A stretch of 64,000 nt of DNA from Candidatus Aminicenantes bacterium (GTDB lineage: Bacteria > Acidobacteriota > Aminicenantia > Aminicenantales > UBA4085): NCBI GenBank assembly GCA_003141555.1, contig PLMN01000012.1, positions 139,487-203,486 of the forward strand, given 5' to 3'. The translations under genes were made by a program, and so were the position numbers. The notes under the pieces are model-generated. The model ran no database searches and was not told the DNA's origin. It saw nothing but the letters and a program-made list of their open reading frames with translations. Shown here piece after piece: positions 33,490-42,857 of the stretch. Position 1 is the stretch's first letter. Each line of letters opens with the position of its first letter.

Positions 33490-36400
33490 ATGAAATCCGC
33501 CTTCCGGCTCGGTCTTCTGATCCTGGCCTTGACGTCGGTCCTGCTGTTCCCCCAGCAGAATGACCTGTCCAAGACCAAGGTTCTCTACACGGTCGGGTAC
33601 GCCCACCTGGACACTCAATGGCGGTGGGATTACCAGACGACCATCAATGAGTACATCTGGAACACGATGGCCTTCAACTTCAAGCTCTTCGAGAAGTACC
33701 CCGATTATGTATTCAACTTCAGCGGGGCCAACCGCTACAAGATGATGAAGGAATATTACCCCGAGGAATTCGAGCGGGTGAAGAAGTACGCGGCGGCCGG
33801 CCGCTGGTTCCCGTCCGGGGCCTCGATGGAGGAGAACGACGTGCTCGCGCCGTCGCATGAGTCCATCATCCGCCAGATCCTCCTCGGGAGCGGCTTCTTC
33901 CGCCGGGAGCTCGGCGTGACGAGCCAGGAATTCATGATCCCCGACTGCTTCGGCTTTCCGGCCTCGCTGCCTTCGATCCTGGCCCATTGCGGCCTTCAGG
34001 GCTTCTCCACCCAGAAACTCACCTGGGGATCGGCCGTCGGGATCCCGTTCAACGTCGGGACCTGGATCGGGCCGGATGGCCGGTCCGTCACCGCCGCCTT
34101 AAACCCGGGCGACTATAGCGGCTTGGTCTCCGAGGACCTTAGCGCCAACGCCCAATGGAAGGCGCGGATCGAGGGTCTCGGAGCCAAGGCGGGCGCCTTC
34201 ACGGACTATATGTATTACGGGACGGGCGACGTCGGCGGGTCCCCGTCGGACGACTCGGTCGCCTGGATCGAGAAGAGCCTGAAGAGTAACCGGGATTTCA
34301 AGGTCGTCTCGGCCCCGTCCGACCAGATGTTCAAGGACCTGACGCCCGCCCAGAAGGCGAAGCTCCCGACCTACAAGGGCGAGATGCTCCTGACGAACCA
34401 TTCGTCCGGGTCGATCACCTCGCAGGCCGCCATGAAGCGCTGGAACCGGAAGAACGAGCTGGCCGCGGCACGGGCCGAGTCGGCCGCCGTCGTCGGCGAG
34501 TGGCTCGGCGGCCTGGCCTATCCGCGGGAGCGCCTGGACGAAGCCTGGCGCCTGGTGTTGGGCGGTCAATTCCACGACATCCTCCCGGGCACGAGCATTC
34601 CCCGGGCCTATGAATTCTCTTGGAACGACGAGCTCGTCGCGTCGAACCAGTTCAACGCCGTGTTCGCCGGGGCGGCCGGGGCTGTGGTCCGCGCCCTGGA
34701 CACCGAGGTGAAGGGGATCCCGTTCGTCGTAGCCAACCCCTTGGCCCTCGAGCGAGAAGATTCCGTCGAAGCCCAGGTCGCGTTCGACGCAGCGCCCAAG
34801 GCCGTCAGGGTCTTCGACCGCGACGGCAAGGAAGTCCCCTCCCAAGTGACCCGGGCCGACGGCTCCGCGCTGACGGTCCTTTTCCTGGCGAAGGTTCCCT
34901 CGCTGGGCTATGCGGTGTTCGACATTCGGCCGGCGGAGTCGCCCTGCGCCCTGGCAACGGGCTTGAAGGCGAGCGGGTTGTCGCTTGAAAACGGGAAATA
35001 CTTGGTCAAGCTCGACGCCGCGGGCGATGTCGTCAGCATCTTCGACAAGATCGCCGGCCGGGAGCTCCTTGCCGCGCCGGCCCGCCTGGAGTTCCACTAT
35101 GAGCGGCCTGCCCAATGGCCTGCCTGGAACATGGACTGGGAGGACCGGATCAAGCCGGCCTCGGGCTTCGTCGGAGGGCCGGCGAAGATCACGATCGTCG
35201 AGAACGGCCCGGCCCGGGTCGCGCTGGCCGTGGAGCGAGAGTCCCGCCATTCCAAGGTCGTCCAGGTCATACGCCTGTCCGCGGCCGGGAGCCGGGACCG
35301 GGTCGAGTTCGCATCGACCATCGATTGGGCGACGAAGGAATCCTCCCTGAAGGCGTCCTTCCCCCTGACCGTGGCCAATCCCAAGGCGACTTACAACTGG
35401 GGCGTCGGGACGATCGAGCGGGGCAACAACGATCCCGTCAAGTTCGAGGTCCCCTCGCACCAGTGGTTCGACCTGACGGACACGGACGGCCGCTACGGCG
35501 TGGCGGTCCTCGAGGACTGCAAATACGGATCCGACAAACCGGCGGACAACATCGTCCGCCTGACGCTTCTCTATACCCCCGGCGTCCGGGGATCCTACCG
35601 GGAACAGGCCTACCAGGATTTCGGACGTCACGAGATCCTCTATGCCCTTTACGGCCATTCGGGCGACTGGCGGGCGGCCGACGTCAACCTGCAGGGAGAC
35701 CGCCTAAACCAGCCCCTGGTCGTGTTCCGGGCCGCTTCCCATATCGGCTCCGCCGGCAAGGCCCTCTCGTTCCTCGCGGTCAACAACAAGGACGTCGTCG
35801 TATCCGCGGTCAAGAAAGCGGAAGCGGGTGACGAGGTGATCGTGCGCGTGGTCGAAGCGAAGGGCAAGGCGGCAAAAGGGGTGGCCCTGGCCTTCGCCGC
35901 TCCGGTCGCGGCGGCGCGCGAAGTGAACGGCCAGGAACAGGAGCTTGGCCCGGCCGCGGTCAAGGACGGGAAGCTCGTCTTCGACATCACGCCTTACAGC
36001 CTTAGGACGTTCGCCTTGAAGCTCCAGCCGCCCGCTTCGCCCCTCGCCCCGGCCGTGTCCGCGCCGGTCGACCTCCCGTACAACGTCGACGTCATCAGCC
36101 CGGACAAGCACAAATCCGACGGAGATTTCGACGGGACGGGCAGATCCTTCCCGGCCGAGCTTATTCCCGACACCATCACGAGCGACGGCATCCTCTTCAA
36201 GATGGGACCCAAGGCCGACGGCGCCCTGAACGCCGTCGCCTGCGCTGGCCAGACCATCAATCTGCCCGCAGGAAATTTCAATCGGCTCTACCTGTTGGCG
36301 GCGGCTCAGGAGGGCGGCGCCCGGGGAGGCGATCCCGCGGTCCCGACCTCTGGCTCGCGGTCCGTCTTCAAGGTGGGAGGCAAGCCGCTGGAGATCACGG

Positions 36401-37497
36401 TTGAAGCCTGGGCCGGCTTCTATGGCCAATGGGACAAGCGGCTCTGGGACGGCGACAGCGCCTCGACGAGCTTCGACCGCGGGATCAACTACGTGGGTCT
36501 CGCCCCGGCTTACGTCCGTAAGGACGCGATCGCCTGGTTTACGACCCATCGGCACCTCCGCAGCGGGGCCAATGATCCTTATATGTATGCGTACATCTAC
36601 AAATACCGGGTCGACCTCCCGGCCGGAGCGAAAGAGATCACGTTTCCGTCGAACGAGCGGATCAAGGTCTTCGCCCTCACGGCCGCGGCCAACCAGAACG
36701 ACGACGCCGCGCCAGCCCAGCCCCTGTCCGACACGCTGGCCCGCGACCGGCGTGGATTCGGCCGATTCGCGGCCGTCCCGAAGCCGCTGATCTCTCCCGA
36801 AAAGGCTTTCATCGACTACGCCCGGCCTCTCGCCGTGACCATGCTGGTCCCCGACGAGGCGGCCGAGATCCGCTACACGCTCGACGGGAGCGTGCCGACC
36901 GAGACGTCCCCCCTCTACACCGGTCCCATCAGCCTAACCCAATCGACCGTCGTCACTGCGGCCGCGTTCGACCCGGTAAGGCTTCCGAGCGTCCCCGCCG
37001 TCGCGACGTTCAGCCGGTCGCTTCCGGTCAAGAGCGCCCGCTATATCGTCCCGCCGCCCGCGGGGCGGGGAGGGGGGGGCGCGTCCGGCGGCCGGGCGCT
37101 GATCGATCTCGTCCGGGCCGCGGAACCCGGCGACCGAGCCTGGCAGATGTTCGGGCCGGCCGACCTCGACGTCGTCCTCGACCTCGGCCAGGTCCGGACC
37201 GTTGAGGGCCTCGTCCTCGGGACCCTGGAGAACCACGGCGGAAGGGTGTTCCTGCCCGTGGCCGTCGAAATCGCGACCTCGCTCGACGACAAGGACTATA
37301 AGATTGCGCTCTCTGAGAAGCTCGATCCGCCCTCGGCGGCCCGGCCGCTCTCGCTGAAAAGTCTGGCCTACGATTTGAAGAAGACGCCCGCCCGGTTCAT
37401 CCGGGTCAAGGCGAAGAATATCGGGACGCTGCCGGCCTGGCATCAGAATGCCGGGCAGCCGGCCCAGATGGCCTTCGACGAGATCCTGATCAAATAG
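33490..37497 (+). CDS. Secreted glycoside hydrolase family 38 alpha-mannosidase with C-terminal accessory domains
   Basis: Signal peptide MKSAFRLGLLILALTS. GH38 N-terminal signature (YTVGYAHLDTQWRW). 1335 aa. C-terminal CHB_HEX_C-like segment (EIRYTLDGSVPT...YTGPISL). Confidence 0.8.
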   Translation: MKSAFRLGLLILALTSVLLFPQQNDLSKTKVLYTVGYAHLDTQWRWDYQTTINEYIWNTMAFNFKLFEKYPDYVFNFSGANRYKMMKEYYPEEFERVKKYAAAGRWFPSGASMEENDVLAPSHESIIRQILLGSGFFRRELGVTSQEFMIPDCFGFPASLPSILAHCGLQGFSTQKLTWGSAVGIPFNVGTWIGPDGRSVTAALNPGDYSGLVSEDLSANAQWKARIEGLGAKAGAFTDYMYYGTGDVGGSPSDDSVAWIEKSLKSNRDFKVVSAPSDQMFKDLTPAQKAKLPTYKGEMLLTNHSSGSITSQAAMKRWNRKNELAAARAESAAVVGEWLGGLAYPRERLDEAWRLVLGGQFHDILPGTSIPRAYEFSWNDELVASNQFNAVFAGAAGAVVRALDTEVKGIPFVVANPLALEREDSVEAQVAFDAAPKAVRVFDRDGKEVPSQVTRADGSALTVLFLAKVPSLGYAVFDIRPAESPCALATGLKASGLSLENGKYLVKLDAAGDVVSIFDKIAGRELLAAPARLEFHYERPAQWPAWNMDWEDRIKPASGFVGGPAKITIVENGPARVALAVERESRHSKVVQVIRLSAAGSRDRVEFASTIDWATKESSLKASFPLTVANPKATYNWGVGTIERGNNDPVKFEVPSHQWFDLTDTDGRYGVAVLEDCKYGSDKPADNIVRLTLLYTPGVRGSYREQAYQDFGRHEILYALYGHSGDWRAADVNLQGDRLNQPLVVFRAASHIGSAGKALSFLAVNNKDVVVSAVKKAEAGDEVIVRVVEAKGKAAKGVALAFAAPVAAAREVNGQEQELGPAAVKDGKLVFDITPYSLRTFALKLQPPASPLAPAVSAPVDLPYNVDVISPDKHKSDGDFDGTGRSFPAELIPDTITSDGILFKMGPKADGALNAVACAGQTINLPAGNFNRLYLLAAAQEGGARGGDPAVPTSGSRSVFKVGGKPLEITVEAWAGFYGQWDKRLWDGDSASTSFDRGINYVGLAPAYVRKDAIAWFTTHRHLRSGANDPYMYAYIYKYRVDLPAGAKEITFPSNERIKVFALTAAANQNDDAAPAQPLSDTLARDRRGFGRFAAVPKPLISPEKAFIDYARPLAVTMLVPDEAAEIRYTLDGSVPTETSPLYTGPISLTQSTVVTAAAFDPVRLPSVPAVATFSRSLPVKSARYIVPPPAGRGGGGASGGRALIDLVRAAEPGDRAWQMFGPADLDVVLDLGQVRTVEGLVLGTLENHGGRVFLPVAVEIATSLDDKDYKIALSEKLDPPSAARPLSLKSLAYDLKKTPARFIRVKAKNIGTLPAWHQNAGQPAQMAFDEILIK

Positions 37498-37596
37498 AGG
37501 ATCGAGAGCGGCCGACCGCAAAGCCCCGCGCCGGCGAATTGTCAAATTAGCTGAGTGAATTCAGAGAACCGTCTCGATACGAATGGGGAAAATGAA

Positions 37597-39183
37597 ATGA
37601 AAAAGCTGAACAGGGTTTTATGGTTATGTCTATTCCTGGCTGCTCTTACGCCCGTGTTCTCGCAGTCCGGCATCGTTCGGGGGCAGGGGATGAAAGTGGG
37701 CTCCGCGTATTTAGCCACGAACATCCATGTTACGCTCAACCCCTACGGCATGGCCCCGCTTGCGGCCTTGGCGGAGTTCACGACCCAGTTCCCTTGCGAC
37801 GTCATGGTCCAGGTGCAAGGCGACATTCCGATCAACAAGGACTTCAAGGACAACAGCACCTCCCATTCCATCCCGATCGTCGGACTGTATCCCGGCCAGG
37901 TGAACTCGGTCGTCCTGACCCTCTACCGTCATCATGGCGATCCGGAGATCCAGACGCTCTCGATCCTGACGGCCCCTCTTCCCGCCTGGTTTCCGACGAT
38001 CGAGATCAATACCGCCGTTCCCGCCCTCATGGAGCCGGGCTTCAATGTCTGCGATTTCGCCTACACCACGGGCACGGGCGTCATCGTCGATCCGTACATC
38101 TTCGACGCCGAAGGCCAGGTCCGGGCTTATTTCGACTTGTCGAATACGCCGGGGCAGGCCTTCCCCTTCGAGCGGATGGCGAACGGGAACTTCATCTTCG
38201 GCGTCGGGCCGTCGATCTACGAGATCGACATCATGGGCAAGATCCGGAACAAGCTCACCTTGCCCGGCTACGGCTTCCACCACGACATCCGGGAGATGCC
38301 CGATGGAAGCCTCATCGCCAACGTGAACAAGGACGGCACCCAGATCATCAACAGCACGGGCGTCGTCAACAGCATCGAGGACCGTATGATCCAGATCAAC
38401 CGGACGACCGGGGCCATCATGGGTGAATGGGACATGCGGGCCCTGCTCACCGTGAGCCGCAATGAGGTCATCAACAACACCGGCGATTGGTTCCACATGA
38501 ACGGAATCTGGTACAGCGTCCCGGACGATTGCTTCATCATCTCGGGCCGTCACCAGGCCGTGATCAAGGTCACGCGCGACAACAAGCTCAAGTGGATCCT
38601 GGCCGGCCACGACGGCTGGGGGAACTCCGGCTGGGACGGATCGGGCCCCAGTCCCGCGCCGTATCTCCTCACCGCCCTCGACCCCAACGGCAATCCGGAA
38701 CCCGACATCGTCCAGAACGGCGAGGCCGCCGCCGCCGACTTCGACTGGACCTGGGGCCAGCATTGTCCCAGCCTTTTGCCGAACGGGGACCTCTTCTGCT
38801 TCGACAACGGCTTCCGCCGCTGGTTCCAGGGCATCGGCGGCTTGTACTCCCGCGGCGCGGAATTCGCCATCGACGAGAAGGCCATGACGGTCCGGCAGAT
38901 CTGGCAATACGGCGCGGATCGAGGAGTCGAGACGTATTCGACGATCATCAGCTCCGCCGACCGCCTGCCGATCACCCAGAACCGCCTGATCTCGCCCGGA
39001 ATCGTCCAGATTCCGCCCGGGAGCACTGCTGTTTGCTATTCCAAGATGATTGAGGTCACGTATCCGGCCGGGCAGATCGTCTTCGAGGCCACCTCCCATT
39101 TCAAGAACCTGCTGTCCCAGACGGCCGGCAACGGGGGATTCGACCTGACCTATCGCTCGCACCGGATCCCGTCCCTTTACTGA
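37597..39183 (+). CDS. Aryl-sulfate sulfotransferase (ASST)-like beta-propeller protein
   Basis: Signal peptide. Motifs resembling the ASST family (FHHDIREMPDGS, GDWFHMNGI). Confidence 0.5.
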   Translation: MKKLNRVLWLCLFLAALTPVFSQSGIVRGQGMKVGSAYLATNIHVTLNPYGMAPLAALAEFTTQFPCDVMVQVQGDIPINKDFKDNSTSHSIPIVGLYPGQVNSVVLTLYRHHGDPEIQTLSILTAPLPAWFPTIEINTAVPALMEPGFNVCDFAYTTGTGVIVDPYIFDAEGQVRAYFDLSNTPGQAFPFERMANGNFIFGVGPSIYEIDIMGKIRNKLTLPGYGFHHDIREMPDGSLIANVNKDGTQIINSTGVVNSIEDRMIQINRTTGAIMGEWDMRALLTVSRNEVINNTGDWFHMNGIWYSVPDDCFIISGRHQAVIKVTRDNKLKWILAGHDGWGNSGWDGSGPSPAPYLLTALDPNGNPEPDIVQNGEAAAADFDWTWGQHCPSLLPNGDLFCFDNGFRRWFQGIGGLYSRGAEFAIDEKAMTVRQIWQYGADRGVETYSTIISSADRLPITQNRLISPGIVQIPPGSTAVCYSKMIEVTYPAGQIVFEATSHFKNLLSQTAGNGGFDLTYRSHRIPSLY

Positions 39184-39293
39184 CGGGCGGGGCGGTCGAT
39201 TTCCCGCCGCGCGCCGCCCGGGTTGATTTTCAGCCCGTTGTCCTTTATGCTGGCCTTGCCCGCGTTTCGGGCCTTGAGCTCGCCATCACGCCC

Positions 39294-40634
39294 ATGAACG
39301 GACCATTGAACATCCTCGTCGTCGACGACGAAGCCAACATTCGGAGGACCCTGTCGGTCTATCTGGAAACCGAAGGGCACCGGGTCGTCGGCGTCGGCAA
39401 TTCCCGGGACGCCCTGGCCGAGGCGCGGCGCCGCTCGTTCGATCTCGCGTTCGTCGACCTGCGCCTCGGGACTTCGGACGGAATGGATCTCATCCCCGCC
39501 CTCCTGGCCGCGACGCCGTGGCTGAAGATCGTGGTCATCACCGCCTTCGCCTCGATCGACACGGCGGTCGAAGCCATCCGCCGCGGCGCGACCGATTACA
39601 TCCCCAAGCCGTTCACGCCGGCTCAGATCGGCCTGTCCGTCCGGAAGGCGTTCGAGATGAGGACGCTCGAGCAACGCGTGGCCACCCTCCAGGAAGATCT
39701 CGTCCGGACGAGGCCGGAGTTCGACTTCGCGAGCGCCCATCCCGCCATGAGGAAAGCCGTGGAGCTCGCCCGCCAGGCGGCGGCCTCGGAGGCGACGATC
39801 CTTCTCCGCGGAGAGAGTGGGACGGGAAAGACCGTCCTGGCCCGGGCGGTCCACGCCTGGAGCCCGCGGGCCGCGCGTCCGTTCGGCGTCGTGTCCTGCC
39901 CCGCCTTCTCGTCGGAGCTCCTGGAAAGCGAGCTTTTCGGCCATGCAAAAGGCGCATTCACGGGTGCGGTTCGGGAGAATCCCGGCCGCATCGCCGTCTG
40001 CGAAGGGGGCACGCTCTTCCTCGACGAGATCGGGGATCTGCCGCTCGGGCTCCAGCCGAAAATCCTGAGATTCGTCCAGGACCGGGGGTACGAGCGCGTG
40101 GGCGATCCTGTCCCGCGGCGAGCGGACGTGCGCCTGATTGCCGCCACGAACCTCGACCTCGAGCGCGCGATGAAAGAGGGCCGCTTCCGGGAGGACCTCT
40201 ACTACCGACTGGCCGTCATTCCCATCGATCTCCCTCCCTTGCGGGAACGGCCGGACGATGTGGAGGCTCTGGCCGGCCGGCTGCTGGCGTTTTATGCCCG
40301 GGCCAACCACCGGACCTTTGCCGGATTCTCGCCCGAGGCCTTGCGCGCGCTCCAGAGCTATTCCTGGCCGGGCAACATCCGGGAGCTCAGCAACGTCATC
40401 GAGCGGGCGGCCATCATGTGCCGGACCGACCGCATCGGGATCGAATTCCTCCCTGCCGGGCTGCAGCCCGGGGAGTCCGCACCGAAGGTCGGCGATAGGA
40501 TCTCCCTGGACAAAGTCGAGGAACAGCACATCCGCAAGGTTCTCGCTTCCGCGAAGTCCCTGCAGGAAGCCGCTGACATTCTTGGGATCGACCAAGCCAC
40601 CCTCTGGCGTCGCCGCAAAAAATACGATATCTGA
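39294..40634 (+). CDS. Sigma54-dependent Fis-family response regulator (NtrC-type: REC plus AAA+ plus HTH)
   Basis: REC domain (ILVVDDE...D54). Sigma54-interaction motifs GESGTGKT and GAFTGA. C-terminal Fis-type HTH. Confidence 0.9.
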   Translation: MNGPLNILVVDDEANIRRTLSVYLETEGHRVVGVGNSRDALAEARRRSFDLAFVDLRLGTSDGMDLIPALLAATPWLKIVVITAFASIDTAVEAIRRGATDYIPKPFTPAQIGLSVRKAFEMRTLEQRVATLQEDLVRTRPEFDFASAHPAMRKAVELARQAAASEATILLRGESGTGKTVLARAVHAWSPRAARPFGVVSCPAFSSELLESELFGHAKGAFTGAVRENPGRIAVCEGGTLFLDEIGDLPLGLQPKILRFVQDRGYERVGDPVPRRADVRLIAATNLDLERAMKEGRFREDLYYRLAVIPIDLPPLRERPDDVEALAGRLLAFYARANHRTFAGFSPEALRALQSYSWPGNIRELSNVIERAAIMCRTDRIGIEFLPAGLQPGESAPKVGDRISLDKVEEQHIRKVLASAKSLQEAADILGIDQATLWRRRKKYDI

Positions 40635-40784
40635 CCTTTCTCCCGCCGGATTTCCGCCAACTAACTTATTTTTTGCGTTGCAAAATTCAATGTTATTTTG
40701 TATCGCCCATTGCATAATGCAATATGGGGTGTTTTAAATAGTGTTTATTTTACTTATATTCAGATGGTTACCGACGCATCCGCT

Positions 40785-40800
40785 TGGCATGGGACTTGCA
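40785..40800 (+). promoter_or_regulatory. Sigma54 (-24/-12) promoter TGGCAT-N5-TTGCA
   Basis: The CTTGGCATGGGACTTGCATTG match lies about 25-40 nt upstream of the kinase start. Upstream palindromes TTGCATAATGCAA (40717-40729) and TTTTGCgtTGCAAAA are candidate enhancer sites. Confidence 0.5.
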
Positions 40801-40822
40801 TTGTAAATAGACGGCGAGGAGT

Positions 40823-42673
40823 ATGAATATGCTTGGAATTCGTCAAAAAGTCATCCTTGGTTTTGCCGGCCTGTTAATCATCATCCTGGCCATCGGCGTC
40901 CAAAGCATCGTGACCCTGACCGGCTTGGGAGAATCGATCGATGTCATCTTGAGGGAAAACTACCTGAGCGTCATCGCCTGCCAGGAGATGAAGGAAGGTC
41001 TCGAGCGGATCGACAGCGGCCTGCTTTTCACTCTCCTCGGCGACCGGGCCCAGGGCGAAGATCTCATCCTCAAAAACGAAGCCGTGTTCGAGAAGGCCCT
41101 CCAGACCGAGCTGAACAACATCACCGTGCCGGGGGAAGGCAAGACGGCCGAAAGGCTCCGGGGCCTTTATGCCACGTACCGGGACACGCTGCCCCAGGCC
41201 GTCGCCGCGGATCGGCCCCTGGCCCTGCGCCACGATGCTTATTTTTCATCGCTCTTCCCTCTGTTCGGTCAAATCAAGGCGGCGGCCGAAGAGATCCTCC
41301 AGATGAACCAGCGGAACATGAGCGAGGCGAACGACCGGGCGCGCCTGAGCGCCTCCCAGGCCCGAAGCGGCATGTATCTCCTCCTCGGCTTGTGCACCCT
41401 CATCGCCATCGCGTTCATGCATTTCACCGGCCGCTGGATCCTGAGGCCCGTGAAGCGTTTGACCCTCTCCGCGGACGAGATCCGGCGGGGAAACCTCGAT
41501 CTCGTCGTCCCCAGCGATTCTCATGACGAGATTGGAACTCTGGCGGAATCGTTCAATGCGATGGCCGCCAGCCTGCGCGAACTCCGCCGGACCGACCAGG
41601 CTCGTCTCCTCCGCGTCCAGCGCGCGACACAGGAGGCCTTTGACCGGCTCCCCGATGCCGTCGCGGTCGTCGACCTCGAAGGCCGCGTCGAGGTGTCGAC
41701 CGAATCGGCCAAGACCGTCTTCGGCCTCCGGCCGGGCGCGCCGATCTTCGATTTGCCGTACGGGCTGGCCGATTACTTCAAGGAAGCGCTGGCGGAAGGC
41801 CGGCCCGTTCCGGCCGAATCCCAGGCGCCGATGATCCAACGGTTCGTGGGCGGAGAGGAGCGCTTCTTCCGCCCGGAGGCGGTTCCCATCCGGGACGCCG
41901 ACCGGCAGCCGACCGGAGCGATTTTCGTTCTCCACGACGTCACCCAGCTCCGCCAGCAAAACGAGCTGAAGACGAGCGTCATCCGCGCGGTTTCCCACCA
42001 GCTCAAGACGCCCATGACGTCCATCCGGATGGCAATCCACGTCCTCCTCGAGGAAAAGATCGGAAGCTTGAGCGAGAAGCAGGCCGAAGTCCTCTTGGCA
42101 GCGCGCGAAGACAGCGACCGGCTCCAGGAAATCTTGAGCAATCTCCTCGATATCGGCCGAACGGAGTCGGGCAAGGCCGAGGTCTACAACTATCAGTCCT
42201 TCTCCCCGCAGTCGCTGGTTATGGACGCCTTGGAACCGTTCCGGCGGACGGCCCAGGAGAAGGGCATCGCCCTGGGAGTCGAACTCCGCGGCAACCTTCC
42301 CGACGTCTGGACGGACCGGACCCGCACCAGTCACGTTTTCGCCAACCTCCTCTCCAACGCCATCCGCCACACGCCGGCGGGCGGGCGCCTTTTCCTCGCG
42401 GCAAAAGAGGAAGAGGACGTCGTCCGGTTCGTGGTTTCCGATACGGGGGAAGGTATCCCGGCCGAGTTCGTGGGCCATGTTTTCGAGCCGCTGTTCCGCG
42501 TCCCCGGCCGCGATTCCGCTGGCGGCCCGGGGCTCGGCCTAGCCACCGCCAAGGAGATCGTCGAGGCCCAGGGAGGGACGATCTCCGTCGAAAGCCGGGA
42601 GGGGAAGGGGACGACGTTCTCGTTCACCCTTCGCCGGACGGATCGGATCGATTCCAAGGAGGTTTCCCAATGA
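40823..42673 (+). CDS. Sensor histidine kinase (periplasmic sensor, HAMP, PAS-like, HisKA, HATPase_c)
   Basis: Two TM segments flank a ~150-aa loop. H-box AVSHQLKTPMTSI. N, G1 and G2 boxes (LLSNAIRHT, DTGEGI, GGPGLGLA). An alternative start at 40829 has better RBS spacing. Confidence 0.85.
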   Translation: MNMLGIRQKVILGFAGLLIIILAIGVQSIVTLTGLGESIDVILRENYLSVIACQEMKEGLERIDSGLLFTLLGDRAQGEDLILKNEAVFEKALQTELNNITVPGEGKTAERLRGLYATYRDTLPQAVAADRPLALRHDAYFSSLFPLFGQIKAAAEEILQMNQRNMSEANDRARLSASQARSGMYLLLGLCTLIAIAFMHFTGRWILRPVKRLTLSADEIRRGNLDLVVPSDSHDEIGTLAESFNAMAASLRELRRTDQARLLRVQRATQEAFDRLPDAVAVVDLEGRVEVSTESAKTVFGLRPGAPIFDLPYGLADYFKEALAEGRPVPAESQAPMIQRFVGGEERFFRPEAVPIRDADRQPTGAIFVLHDVTQLRQQNELKTSVIRAVSHQLKTPMTSIRMAIHVLLEEKIGSLSEKQAEVLLAAREDSDRLQEILSNLLDIGRTESGKAEVYNYQSFSPQSLVMDALEPFRRTAQEKGIALGVELRGNLPDVWTDRTRTSHVFANLLSNAIRHTPAGGRLFLAAKEEEDVVRFVVSDTGEGIPAEFVGHVFEPLFRVPGRDSAGGPGLGLATAKEIVEAQGGTISVESREGKGTTFSFTLRRTDRIDSKEVSQ

Positions 42674-42753
42674 CGGATTTTATCCTGGTCCTGGCCATTG
42701 TCGTACTGTTCTGGCTCGGCGCTCTCTACGTCCGGGCGTGCGACAAGCTGTAA
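42670..42753 (+). CDS. 27-aa hydrophobic peptide translationally coupled to the kinase (KdpF-like or leader peptide)
   Basis: ATGA overlap with the kinase stop. Sequence MTDFILVLAIVVLFWLGALYVRACDKL. Confidence 0.35.
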   Translation: MTDFILVLAIVVLFWLGALYVRACDKL

Positions 42754-42758
42754 CTCCC

Positions 42759-42842
42759 ATGTTCGAACTCATCGCCCTCCTCGCCGGCCTCTTGCTTATC
42801 GGCTATTTGATCTTTACGGTCCTCCGACCGGAGAAATTTTAA
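42759..42842 (+). CDS. kdpF: KdpF, K+-transporting ATPase small subunit
   Basis: MFELIALLAGLLLIGYLIFTVLRPEKF has the typical KdpF length and C-terminal LLRPEKF-like ending. It lies immediately upstream of kdpA. Confidence 0.6.
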   Translation: MFELIALLAGLLLIGYLIFTVLRPEKF

Positions 42843-42857
42843 AGCGATAGGTGACCC

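Noticed and set aside
39200-39293. Sigma54-like element upstream of the response-regulator gene (tGGccttgcccGCg)
   Set aside because: GG-to-GC spacing is 2 nt too short for a -24/-12 promoter. A sigma70-like TTGATT-N17-TATGCT is more plausible but weak.
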